DNA of 61,906 nucleotides, the filler included, from Nemertoderma westbladi (lineage: Eukaryota > Animalia > Xenacoelomorpha), in the NCBI GenBank assembly GCA_032718475.1. It is 3 parts of 3 records of this genome, joined end to end, with 100 filler letters (N's around TTAATTAATTAA, not from the genome) between each part and the next. Parts side by side here need not be neighbours in the genome. Positions count along the whole stretch, not along the records: positions 1 to 31,576 come from JAUCBJ010000443.1; positions 31,677 to 51,167 come from JAUCBJ010000731.1; 1 more part is not named here. One strand, given 5' to 3'. The notes below the pieces were generated by a model that worked only from the letters and a program-made list of their open reading frames with translations, was not told the DNA's origin and searched no databases. Of this stretch, positions 25,301 to 37,816 are shown piece after piece. The position numbers and the translations under genes were made by a program. Within the stretch, counting starts at the first letter, position 1. The number at the start of each line of letters is the position of its first letter.

Positions 25301-27750
25301 TCGAAAGTAAAGCCTAGTGTATCCACATAGTGTGCTACTGATTGGTTGTAATCGAAAGTATAGCCTAGTGTATCCACATAGTGTGCTACTGACTGGCTGA
25401 AATCGAAAGTAAAGCCTAGTGTATCCTCATAGTAGGCTCCTGACTGGCTGAAATCGCAAGTAAAGCCTAGTGTATCCACATAGTAGGCTACTGAATGGCT
25501 GAAATCGAAAGTAAAGCCTAGTGTATCCACATAGTAGGCTACTGACTGGCTGTAATCGAAAGTAAAGCCTAGTGTATCCACATAGTAGGGTACTGACTGG
25601 CTATAATCGAAAGTAAAGCCTTATTGTGTATCCACATAGTAGGACTGACTGGCTGAAATCGAAAGTAAAGCCTAGTGTATCCACATAGTAGGCTACTGAC
25701 TGGCTAAAATCATAAGTAAAGCCTAGTGTATCCTCATAGTAGGCTACTGACTGGCTAAAATAGAAAGTAAAGACTAGTGTATCCACATAGTAGGCTACTG
25801 ACTGGCTGTAATCGAAAGTAAAGCCTTGTGTATCCTCATAGTAGGCTACTGACTGGCTGTAATCGAAAGTAAAGCCTAGTGTATCCACACAGTAGGCTAC
25901 TGACTGGCTGAAATCGAAAGTAAAGCCTAGTGTATCCACATAGTGTGCTACTGATTGGTCGTAATCGAAAGTATAGCCTAGTGTATCCACATAGTGTGCT
26001 ACTGACTGGCTGAAATCGAAAGTAAAGCCTAGTGTATCCTCATAGTAGGCTCCTGACTGGCTGAAATCGCAAGTAAAGCCTAGTGTATCCACATAGTCAG
26101 TGCCGGATTACCCAATGTGCACAGTGTGCACGTGCACAGGGGCCTCCACCACTGAGGGGCCCCCACCACTCAACACAAACAGCTATAAAGTTTCAGTTTG
26201 AGGTCAGTCTGTGAGTACAACTTACAGTAGTAGGTCTACAGTACACTACATGTATACAGAAAGACAGTGCTGTTTAGTACATAAATGTTTCAGTTATTCA
26301 CTAGTAGGAGTAGGCCTACACTTATAAGCTATAAAGTTTCAGTTTGATGTTCAGTCTGTGAGTACAACTTACAGTAGTACGTCTACAGTACACTACTGTA
26401 CATGCTGACATGTATACAGTACTGTTTTGCTAACTGTAGCTATGGCAGACCGATCAGCAGACCAACACGTCGAAAAGAAACGAAAGCAAATGTCTGGCCA
26501 TTAAAAACGTAATGAGAGGAGACACAGGCTATTGCAGGAACACAGCCACTTACAGCTTTCTTTGGACCAGTGGCAGGGGCAGCAATATGTGAAGAGAGTG
26601 ACGACAGTGTGATGCTGGCTCCAGTTATTTACCAGGTACGGACTCGGACTGTGAGGTCCAAGAGGGAGACATAGATGTGCAGCAAGATCCAGACAGCCAG
26701 AGACGGAACCTAAAGTCCTGCTTGTTGAATGTGATGTCGGCCTGTGGCCAGATAAACTTACTGACGTTCGAATTGATGCTGTGGTTAACTTGGATGTATC
26801 CAAGCTACATAGCATGCGGATCCAAAGTTACTTGAACTGTCCACAGTGCAGACAGTTCAGAAGGAAGGACGTTCAGTAGCTCGGAAGTGTGGTGTGAGCA
26901 TGTTTGAACGCAAGCTAAAGAACACAAAGTCTTCCAAGCGCACCTGGTTGTGCTTTAGTCCATATTATACACGAATTTGCGTCTCGCAAGGCTCGTAAAG
27001 TTGTTTTCTAAATAAAGTACTATATGTATACTGGTTAGATTCTTTTTTGTATTATTATTCTTTGTTTTATTCATAATATTCGTTTAAATCTAAGTATATC
27101 TCTCTATCTCTGATCGATCAGGGGCCCCCACCAATCATGTGCACAGGGGCCCCCACCGGGCTTGATCCGGCTCTGCACATAGTAGGCTACTGAATGGCTG
27201 AAATCGAAAGTAAAGCCTAGTGTATCCACATAGTAGGCTACTGACTGGCTGTAATCGAAAGTAAAGCCTAGTGTATCCACATAGTAGGGTACTGACTGGC
27301 TATAATCGAAAGTAAAGCCTTATTGTGTATCCACATAGTAGGACTGACTGGCTGAAATCGAAAGTAAAGCCTAGTGTATCCACATAGTAGGCTACTGACT
27401 GGCTAAAATCATAAGTAAAGCCTAGTGTATCCACATAGTAGGCTACTGACTGGCTGTAATCGAAAGTAAAGCCTAGTGTATCCACATAGTAGGGTACTGA
27501 CTGGCTATAATAGAAAGTAAAGCCTTATTGTGTATCCACATAGTAGGACTGACTGGCTGAAATCGAAAGTAAAGCCTAGTGTATCCACATAGTAGGCTAC
27601 TGACTGGCTAAAATCATAAGTAAAGCCTAGTGTAACCTCATAGTCGGCTACTGACTGGCTGTAATCGAAAATAAAGCCTAGTGTATCCTCATAGTTGGCT
27701 AATAACTGGCTGAAATGACGAGTGTATCCACACAGTAGTAGGCTAAACTG
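16387..27750. repeat. Large 51-bp minisatellite array (~200 units, mostly 49-54 bp variants) with higher-order duplications
   Basis: Consensus GTAGGCTACTGACTGGCTGAAATCGAAAGTAAAGCCTAGTGTATCCACATA; interrupted at 26098-27175. Confidence 0.98.
26098..27175 (+). mobile_element. Internally deleted hAT (Tip100-like) DNA transposon
   Basis: 8-bp TSD CACATAGT (26090-26097, 27176-27183). 11-bp TIR CAGTGCCGGAT / ATCCGGCTCTG. Subterminal ggggccccca and gtgcac motifs. Transposase remnants KRKQMSG, KRTWLCFS and IIHEFASRKARKVVF*. Confidence 0.92.
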
Positions 27751-28089
27751 ACTACCACTTGATAATTTAAAAAAACAAAAGCAAAAACAGTCAGCAAAGT
27801 CAAAATAAATTGTACACATAACCCTAGCACCTAGAGTGTACCCAACCAGTATTAGGCCTATTATCAAATGTGCGGTATTACTTATTGAAAAAGCTTCCTC
27901 AAATAAAAGAGCTCTAACAAGACCAGCTCATCTGTCATCTGATAGTCTGATTGATCTGGCTGACAGGCTAGGCTGATTTGATACGTCTACGAGGCAATTA
28001 ACTAACTGACTGACTACTGGCAGACTGGACTAAGTAAGTACAGAAGTAAATAGGCAGGTACTTAGGTACAGTAGGTAGGCCTACTATAT

Positions 28090-29593
28090 GGTAACGCGTC
28101 ATTAGGTCCTTTGGTCGTTAGGTCCCGCGTCATTAGGTCCTGTGAGTGGTCGTTAGGTCCTGCGGCATTAGGTCCTGCGGCGTTAAGTCCTGCGTCATTA
28201 GGTCCTGCGACATTAGGTCTTCTATAATAGCGTCATTAGGTCCTTTGGTCGTTAGGTCCTCTGCGGCTTTGGCGATTGGGGGGTTTCCAGATTTTTCAAC
28301 ATAAAACAGGACGAGCGCAACGAGGCTTGTAATGTTCTATGGCGACGAGTACTGCGTCCCTAAACCATTCTCCTAAACCAATTGACTAGCACAGTTCCCA
28401 TGAGCACTGCTCATACGACCTACAAAAATAGTTCACATAAATAGAAAAAAGTTCCCCCTCCCTCCCGCTCCCAAATAAACGCCCACTCAAAACTTGATTC
28501 AAATAGCCGCACTACTTTTATCTTCAACATTACTAACACATATTTTCACATATGTTCAACAACATTAACATATGATAACACAAACACAACACTATAAAGA
28601 ATGAATAAATGATTAAAGTAAAAATTAGAACGATTTTGAATGGTACCGGTATACAAAAATAACTCAGTTAAGTAGTTCTTTCAAGTTCACGGTTAAGTAG
28701 TAATCCAACAATAAGAACTGGATCCTTACAGCAATGATTTCCCTGCGACTAACTTTTCCATTCGATCAAGATACAGTAGCTGGGGTATTAGGATTGGAAT
28801 AATGTTGTCTGCCATGTGGTCCAATTTAGAAGCAAGATCATCCCTCGCCAACTTTATTTCGCGATCAATTCGTAGATAACTTGGTCGCTTTGGTTGGGCT
28901 ACAGCTGTGCCAACCAATAATTTACGTCCCCGAATTGCGCAGTTGTGAATAAGTTGTTGAACAACAAACAGGAACTCCCCTAAATCAGGATGTTTGTGAT
29001 GGAAATGCGTTCGCAGAGCATTATGATAACCTTCCGCATGGTTGGTCGTTCGTGGTCCATTATTGTCGTAATGGTTCCATATTTCTAACATATCAGGGCG
29101 CAGACACCACACAAAGTAGTTAATAAAAACACGTAATTGTATATCGCCGGGTGGTCCTACAACTGGTACATCTGTCTTTAATGACAGAAATGACATGAAG
29201 CACTAAGGGGACAGGAACCATACAAAGAGCTACATCAGGGAAAATAAACTTACACGAGGCAATGGCTGCATCTTCATAGTCAAGGTGCCAAGTGCAGGCG
29301 TTGGTTCCTGGCAAGCCGACATCTCCAAAATTCTCAATCATCTTATCGCTAAATGTCTTAAATATAATGTCCTGCTGTCAGCCTGTTCACTGTACAGTAG
29401 TGGAATACAGGACCTAACGACGCAGGCAGGCAGGACCTAACGACGCTCCACAGGACCTAACGTCGCACGATATGACACAACAGGACCTAATGACGCAGGA
29501 CCTAATGTCGCAGGACCTAATGCCTCAGGACCTAACGACGCAGGACCTAACGACGCAGGACCTAACGACCAAAGGACCCAACGACGCGGAACC
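28090..29593 (-). mobile_element. Internally deleted MULE (Mutator-like) transposon
   Basis: TIRs GGTAACGCGTCATTAGGTCCTTTGGTCG / CGACCAAAGGACCCAACGACGCGGAACC, built from ~15-bp subrepeats. TSD (C)TACTATAT (8-9 bp). Transposase motifs DYEDAAIASCKFIFP and WNHY...RTTNHAEGYHNAL...HPDL in 28726-29341. Confidence 0.9.
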
Positions 29594-29735
29594 TACTATA
29601 TACTACCGGTAGGTAACTCGATACAGAAATACTAAATACTGCAACTCCATACTGCTGTACTGCCATAGGCCTGTCAGCCTGTAGGCGTATATTCCAGAAC
29701 CAGTATACTTATTCATTATTGGCTGTGTTTCCGCC

Positions 29736-31576
29736 ATGGCTCCCTGGCTGTGGGACCGACCCTCCCTGGAACGAACGCCTTCGGCCCGTCACACAATTGC
29801 CTCCGACGTAGAGTCCCGTTACCGCAGAGAAGGGGCGCGATTTATAATCGACTGTGGAAACGAGGTCGGACTTCCATACAACACCATGGCGTCCGGGGTC
29901 GTATTCTTCCATCGATTCTACATGTTCCACTCCTTCAAGGACTTCCCACGTCACGTGACAGCCGCCGCGTGTCTCTTCTTCGCCGGGAAGGTTGAAGAAA
30001 CTCCGAAGAAGTGTAAAGACATTGTTAGAGTTGCGCGGAAACTGTTGCAGGACCATCCCAAACACTGGGACATGTTTGGACACGACCCGCGTGAGGAGAT
30101 AATGACGTACGAACGAATCCTCCTGCAGACGATTCAGTTCGACCTGCAGATCGAACACCCCTACCAGTTTATACTAAAGTACGCGAAACAGTTGAAAGGA
30201 GAGAAAACTAAGCTGAACAAACTCGTGCAGATGTCCTGGACTTTCGTTAATGATAGTCTGTCGACGACTTTGTGTCTGCAATGGGAACCCCAGATTATAG
30301 GTAGGGAGATATTATTGTAAAATGCAAGTTTGTTTGGATGAGAGTTCGTTAATACCCTACTCTAATACGGTACTAAATAATTAAACGGTAACTCAGTAAC
30401 TGTACACTATCTGGTTTATAAAATTACACAATTACAATATATTACAATATATTAGAATGTAACATATATATTACAATATATTAGAATGTAACATATATAT
30501 TACAATATATTAGAATGTAACATATATATTACAATATATTAGAATGTAACATATATATTACAATATATTAGAATGTAACATATATATTACAATATATTAG
30601 AATGTAACATATATATTACAATATATTAGAATGTAACATATATATTACAATATATTAGAATGTAACATATATATTACAATATATTAGAATGTAACATATA
30701 GGCCTATATTACAATATATTACAATGTAATACAGTTACAGTAATAGGTTATGTAGTTTGAATGAGAGTTTTATTATTAGTACTTTGTAATCATCAGTTTC
30801 TTGTAATTTGAATTTGATTCATCATTATTGTGATAATTTTACAAGTTTGTTGGGCGAACCACGACTAGTGGGTGATTCTTAGCGATTGTCGGAAATTGTT
30901 GAAATTGAAACACAATAACTCCGTTGATGATAAAACCTACTTTGTGCACAGCACAATTCATGTTTACACATTCTACAAAGTTGTATTGGGTGATGCCTTC
31001 ATGAATGGCTCGCTGGCTCGATGTTTACGTTTTAATAACTATTTAAATGTGCTAGACAATTTAATTAATTTCACAGTGTTGCTGACATTGTGAATATATT
31101 GATTATGTAATCGATCTATTTTATGTTGCAGCGATATCTATGCTCTATCTGGCCTCGCGTCTCAGTAAGATTGACATCCAGGAGATGCAAGGGAAGTTAT
31201 GTCGAGGGTGCTGGTGGGATCAATTCGTCGACGATATATCCATAGAACTGCTGGAGGCTGTTTGTCACGAGGTGCTAGACCTCTACTCCATGGACGGATC
31301 CAAACAGCAGTGTCCCAGTCCCAGCCTGACTCCCCCCGACCCCGTGACGGGGGCCAGTAAACGGACCCCGTCGTCCCACGGGACTAACACACCCCGGGAC
31401 GAGGTGTCCCTGGAACCGTTCGATCCAAAGTACTCGAAACTCAACCCTCCCGTTCATCAGGAAACACCCCCACCCGCAGGAGGGGCGAAATCAGTCGGCA
31501 ATACCGGTGGAACTGTTCTACCCGCTGCTAGTGGGTCTGGTTTATCCGCTAGCGGGTCTGGTTTACCAGGCAGCGG
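29736..31576 (+). CDS. CCNK: Cyclin K, 3'-partial; exons 29736-30300 and 31132->31576
   Basis: [67 protein letters not shown] and LQWEP are cyclin K signatures. A phase-1 GT-AG intron gives [13 protein letters not shown]. Confidence 0.96.
30430..30730. repeat. 29-bp AT-rich minisatellite (~9 copies) in the cyclin K intron
   Basis: attacaatatattagaatgtaacatatat repeated in tandem. Confidence 0.95.
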
Positions 31577-31676
31577 NNNNNNNNNNNNNNNNNNNNNNNN
31601 NNNNNNNNNNNNNNNNNNNNTTAATTAATTAANNNNNNNNNNNNNNNNNNNNNNNNNNNNNNNNNNNNNNNNNNNN
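31577..31676. other. Artificial contig linker N44-TTAATTAATTAA-N44
   Basis: Six-frame stop linker within Ns, exactly 100 bp. Confidence 0.97.
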
Positions 31677-33289
31677 AACTTGCACATTTTTGCGGTTTGC
31701 CCTCAATTTATGACTCAATGGCACCATTGTCAACTAAAGGGACGCGCCAGTTTCGATTGCCCTTTTTAATCACGATTTGGAAAGCGTAGATGAAATGATC
31801 ACACTACGTTACATCAGAGCTTGGGAAGCGAACGCTGATTTACATTGTGATTCGCGCCATCGTTATTATCCTGGACGCGCTTACGAAGGAGTTATGCGTT
31901 CCATCCTTATCTATTCGCTTCTGTCGAACAGAAATCACGCATATCGAGTTACGAACTACTGAAGCGCGTCGGAGAATGTATTTCAACCAAGTTCGTACGC
32001 AAATTTCTCAGGAGTGTTAATCCTAGCGACCTTCATTCCTATAGCTTAATAAATTATATCCGTCAGGACCCGGACTATGGAGACTTATTTGTTAACTCAC
32101 ACCCCGAGTTACAGGAAGTATATCGACGGCCTTATGAATACCGAGCCTGCGAACGCGAGTTGGAAAAAACCATTAAACCCCGGAGGTTTCTAACTGCCTA
32201 TGGTCCACCCACGGCTCTCGTTCAGACCACTCGTAAAGGACCCGTAAGAGCGGCTGTCTTAAAACGAGCTCTCAAAGCCATTAGACCCCTCTCCCCCGAC
32301 GTTGATGTCAATCAACCCGGTACTTCGACTGGCGGATACACCGACCATAATCCTACACCCTCTGATGCAATCATATTGCACCCTTCACCCAGGAGTTATA
32401 GCCCTCCTTGTAAAGTGGCTCGCCCCAAAGAGAAAAAGACTCTGGCTAGCTTTAAAAAAATGCGTAAACGCCGTCCGCGTAAGAAAGACTAACTGTTTAG
32501 AGTATTTACGTATATTAGAAACTGTGATTTTGTATATTTTATAGACTCAAATCCCATTTTCTGGGAGCGGTGTAAAAGCTTCTGTGGGATATAACTGGCC
32601 CTTTTGCTTTGCAATCCAGTTTCCCCCCAGGCGCTGGAATACTCTAAAAAGCTCTCTAACTATATATATATCCCCCTCGCCCGCAAGGTACCGTTATAGG
32701 TGTTTTTAACGGACATAAACGTCATTCTTCTATATGTGTGCTTTGGCGGACATGGCAAGGCAAAAAACCCGCAATGCACCAAATACCCTGGCACAGCTTA
32801 GCCTTGATGATTCAGCTTACGACATCTAACAGCTGGTTGCTGACATGGAAACGGCCATTGGACACATGGTTCTTTGTTTAGCTTAACAGCCAATCAGAGC
32901 GATTTTTTCTGTCGATGTGGAGATATTTTGGCAGATCATACTAGGAGTGTTCAGTCTTACTGTTTTTTCTTGTTACTGTTGTGTTGTTTCTATCTAGGCC
33001 AGGAACACCGGCTCTAGAGTCAATTCGTTTTCATACTTTAGAAGAAACATTAGTAGGCTTAAATTATAGAGCGTATAACTGTTATCGGTGCAACTCCGTT
33101 CAGTCTTGCATTATCGGTTCAACATACATTGTTGTGCTGCTGTTTGCTGTTGTCATATTTTGTATCAGTTGGTTGAATATTATTTGGATAACATCTATAA
33201 AGAACCCAAATTTCCCAATTTTCTTGATACACTACAGGTTAGAGAGACGGGTTATATATAGCGATTATATATATATATATTATATATAG

Positions 33290-33540
33290 CTTCGGGGTTT
33301 GTGAGGGGTGGGACGGATACGCGAACGGGTCCACCGACATGACAGACTCCTAGCCAAGCCGTACTGGTTCTCGATGATCGATCCCTTCGGGGTTCGGGAG
33401 GGGTGGGACGGATAAGCGACAGAGTCTACCGACTGGACCGACCCTTATCCAAGCCGTGCTGGTTCTCGATGATCGATCCCTTCGGGGTTCGGGAGGGGTG
33501 GAACGGACACGCAACAGGGTCGACCGACACCGACACTACG
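33290..33540. repeat. 95-bp GC-rich tandem repeat, ~2.7 copies
   Basis: cttcgggg anchors at 33290, 33385 and 33480. Confidence 0.9.
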
Positions 33541-36504
33541 GCACTAAGACTAGGACCGAGGGAAAATCTGGGGAACATTAGTTAGGCTAAAATCTGAGCG
33601 AACAGTGGGTAATTAAATAATATACTGTAGGGATTTATATTGTCGTGTATAATTATTGTGAATATTTGGTGTATATTGATTTGGGGAAGCCCAATTAATT
33701 ATCAATCAGGGTTCAACTGTAGGAAGTTACATTAAAGAGTATATCCAACCAATGCAGCTTTTCCTCAACCGCAATCTTGCATCTCAGAAATTATTCCTTC
33801 TCCACAATCAATATCCGGTGACTGGCCGGGACTCCGTGGTCTGTAAAGTCACGTCTCCAGCATCGGCGTTTTTCCCTCCTGGTGTCGGGATAACGGCAAC
33901 ACAAACAACATACTAATATGAAAATAAACTATCTGCAACGAAAAGAACCCAATAATACACAATTTGACCTTATTTAAAAAAATTGCACATTTGCACACAT
34001 ATTTGCACAAGTGCACTTTAGCGGATCCTAAAGGTGGTTCCTATTTAACACACTTATGTCTATCCTCTACCGATCTACGATGGTGTATAATCAAGTGTCT
34101 GTTGCTAAAAGTGTAAAAAATCCAATTTAATAAATCGCGACATTTGCGATTTTGGACCATATTCATGGACATTTTAAGTCACTTTATAGACATAAAAAGA
34201 TAAACAAATGTTAAGATTATAGTTAGAAATCACCCCAAACTACATTTTAACCCAGAAACTAACATTCTAGGATGTATAGAACTTGAAATAATACTGTTTG
34301 AATTATCGACAAAATGTGCACTATTTAAGTGAATTTTGCACTAAGTGCACATGCGTCTTTTCCCAAGTTGTATCCTATTTCACACACTACAAATCTATCC
34401 TCTATCCAATGAAAAAAGTTTCAGATCAAACGGCACAATAGAACCAAAGGTATTGATGTTTTAAAATAGTCACTCGAAAATTTCAAATTCACTTGGTCAC
34501 ATAATCTAGTGGTTATCAATCACGTTAATGAAACCTAAGTTCGCGGGTACGAAATCCAATATTGACCATTCTTAATTTTTTGTAAAAAATTTTTTTTTTA
34601 TATTTTCACTAAAATCGCTCTAACTTCGGTTCTGGTGGTCCAAATTCAATAAAATTGGTATATTCTTTGCCGTAATTTTTTTTTCTATCTTTTGAGAGGG
34701 GGTCATTTTTGGCCCCAAAAAAAATGAAAAAAGCGCCAAAATTACGTGATATTTTTCGACCTTTAAAATTCGTAATTTTAATTATAAATGTTAAGAAAAA
34801 AGATAGCGGAGGTAATTTGCTAAATTTTAAATGTACTTTTGGCGCAATACGCTAGATTATCATAGAGTAGCGATTTATTAAAAAAAAAATTTTTTCGTCC
34901 CTTTTTTTAAATATTTTATTTAACACGATCGTCTGCCGCACCAGTTGTATAAAAGCTAATGCGCTGTAACTAACGCTGTTAGATAGATAATTTAACGCAC
35001 TATAAGTCTGTGTAAACAAATCTGCCGTAAGTTAAGTAGTTTTCGAGCTAGACGATTTCCCGCGAAGCGAGTGTGAAGGGCGAAATTTTATTTTTGGCCC
35101 TCATTTTTTTAATAGCGTCCGCGGAGCAAAACCGATAGCATATTTGAATTCCCCGTATCGATATTAACCGTATAAAATGTACCTTAACCAACTAAAGTGA
35201 AAAAGAAACAAATATTCGATAAAAACTATTTTTCATATTCTGGCCCTCTTTGGCCCCTATTGTCGACATATTTGTTGTACCCCCACTCGATAGGAACGTA
35301 GCCCCAATGGTCTTCTACGAGTTTCAAAAAAGAATTAGTGGAATCCTACCCGCGTTGTCAAATTAAACATTTCGGAAATGAAATTTCGAAAAAAGACGGA
35401 CAAAAACGTACAAATTTACGGCCCCTTTTTCCACCCGAAATTTTAATAAATCTCTTACCCCCATTCGATACGAAGGTAGACCCACTCGTCATCGTTGCAA
35501 CCGTGTTACTTTCGTTCGCGTACGATAAATAGTAGCCGAGTTATTACGGATCCCGCAAAGTCATTTTGTCCGTTTTTTCAACTTTGACGGACAATAGACG
35601 GAAAACAAGCCCAGAGGCGGGGTATTCCAAGAAGTGGAAACGTCTAATTTAGACCCCCTCTTTCGATTCTCGGTGTCTCTGGATGCGTCAAATAGAGGTT
35701 TTTTAAGAGTCCTAGTGAAAAAAAGACAAAAAAACCAGACAATTGTCCGTCATGTCGGTCAAAACGATAGATTCGCTAAAAGCTCTGAAGAATCTTATTT
35801 TTTTGGCATTATGCGTCCCCCCTCAAAAAATCAAGAAAATCGTACCTCGGGAAATAGGTCGAATGCGGGGGGGGGGGGGGGGGGGGCACCGTTTTCGCAG
35901 TAACTACGTGTTCAGTATGTAGACTGCGTCCTTTGGAGGGGCGGCGAATTCACCTCACTCAACGCCGCCCTGACTGAATGTTTTTAAAAAATGTTCTTCC
36001 ATTTGATCCAAAAAATGTTTGATATACCGGTACATAATAATGCCAAATCTATATTAACCCATATTTTTAGGAAATTGTCATTGCATAGTTCATTCATCGC
36101 ATATTTAATTCCTTGCATAGTTATCTCAATCGGTGGTTTGTATTAATATAAAAACGGCATTTACATTATTTCCAAAAACCACCGGTTTTCGAAGAAAATC
36201 GCCAGTTATTTTGCAACCATTTTAACCGGCGATTTTTTTTTGAAAACCGGTGTTTTTTTTTTAAGAAAAACCCCAGTTTTTTTTTCAGTGCAGAGTCTGT
36301 TCTTCTGTTCTCTACCATCCATATAAAACAGAGGGCGGGTCTTACTATCTGATCTCATTATTAAATGGCAACGTCCAATCAACGGTCACCATTAAAGACT
36401 GAGACCTTTCTCATTGGTTGAGTAAACTATAACGTCCACATTACAACATTATAAAAACTTGTAACAATCGCTCATATGTTTAATTTTTCAGTGTTTTTTT
36501 GCAG

Positions 36505-37816
36505 ATCGCCGACAACACTGCAATGCAGGCAGTTATTCTTTCTGTTAGCTATGGGCCAGCAAGGAAGAAAGAGGCAGCTGGAGCACCAACTGCCAAAAAA
36601 CAGCGCACTTCATATCACACGCTGTTGTTCGCCCTGTAATTTAATAAAATATTTAATAATTAAATTGAATATTGAAATTGAAATTAATACCTTTTTTGAA
36701 ATAATATGTTACCCACTTAATATACATTTAACAGACGTGAAACACAGGATTCGATTTTCAGGAATAATAAAAATACCATAGCATCATCTAGACTGTTAAA
36801 TTACAATTTAGTTTGACCAAAATGACCATAAAGTAAAATATATCACGTTTTACTGTAGCTGAACATATATTTTATAAAGATTAAAAGATTTTATAAATAC
36901 TGAAATATATTAACAATAAATAACATTTGTACCCTAATAATTATAATTATTTTTACACTACTGCACTAACATTAATATTTTTGGAAATTTATTCAGAGAT
37001 TTAATTAGTGGCGAGACATTTGCCATGTTGGCTGAGCATCCCCATACTACGGCGTTATATTTTCACTCTGCTGGAGTTGGCGTCGGATCGTTCATACGGA
37101 TAGTAGAGCCAACAACCACTGGAAACACGATTGTTAAACTACCGGTGATTACCACGGACGCGAAGTTGGAGCCGATGAACGACCCGCCGACAATACCCCC
37201 AGTATCGAGTCTTCCATCCCTCATAAGCTCATCGAAGGAACTCAAAAGGCTTTTACATGCGACTAGAATCATTGCAGTTACAACGGGTGAGTTTATTGTC
37301 ATGTTTATTCTTTAATGTCATAACTCAACACACAGTTACTAAAATTAAAAATAATAGTATGTTGTAAATGTATATAACAATGTTCTGAATTTGTAATATA
37401 GAATACTAAATACGAAAGCTGTACTGCTGTAGCTGCAAAATATTCTTGAGAAAAAGCAATCTACATTGAACGCAATCTATAGTTTTTCATTTTTTCATTC
37501 TGATATATTTATTATAGTGGTCATTTTGTGGCTAACCCTAAAAGGTATTTTATATATGAAGATATTATAATATATTTTCACACAATATATTTTGTATTTA
37601 CAGATCAACATCGTCCAAGGATGCAGAGGGGCAGTGTGTAGGGGCACCTACTACGGTAGGCCGTGTCCCTGTTTTCGAATAGTGGACCCCGTTTGGGTAC
37701 TTAAGGCCGATGTCGTGCTTGAGGAAATATTCGATAATGAGTCACGACTTATCAGCCCTCATTATTTCTGCAGTAATGAGTTTACCTCATTATTCTTCGA
37801 TAAAGCGTACCTAGAA
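36505..37816 (+). pseudogene. Exon-like remnants of an unidentified gene containing a Cys cluster
   Basis: GC-richer blocks at 36505-~36640, 36997-37286 and 37604-37816, each preceded by an AG acceptor; the last two end in GTGAGT donors. Motif CRGAVCRG...CPC. Phases of the last two blocks do not match. Confidence 0.4.

Noticed and set aside
16387-27750. CRISPR array, or a giant repeat protein from the many minus-strand ORFs
   Set aside because: Units are contiguous with no unique spacers and no cas genes. Frequent frameshifting 49- and 53-bp variants and stops break all frames.
29709-30158. 149-aa antisense ORF and overlapping 81-aa ORF
   Set aside because: Shadows of the GC-rich cyclin K exon.
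31577-31676. TTAATTAATTAA palindrome, and any gene-neighbourhood inference across it (also 51168-51267)
   Set aside because: Artificial linker; adjacency of the three contigs is not evidence of linkage.
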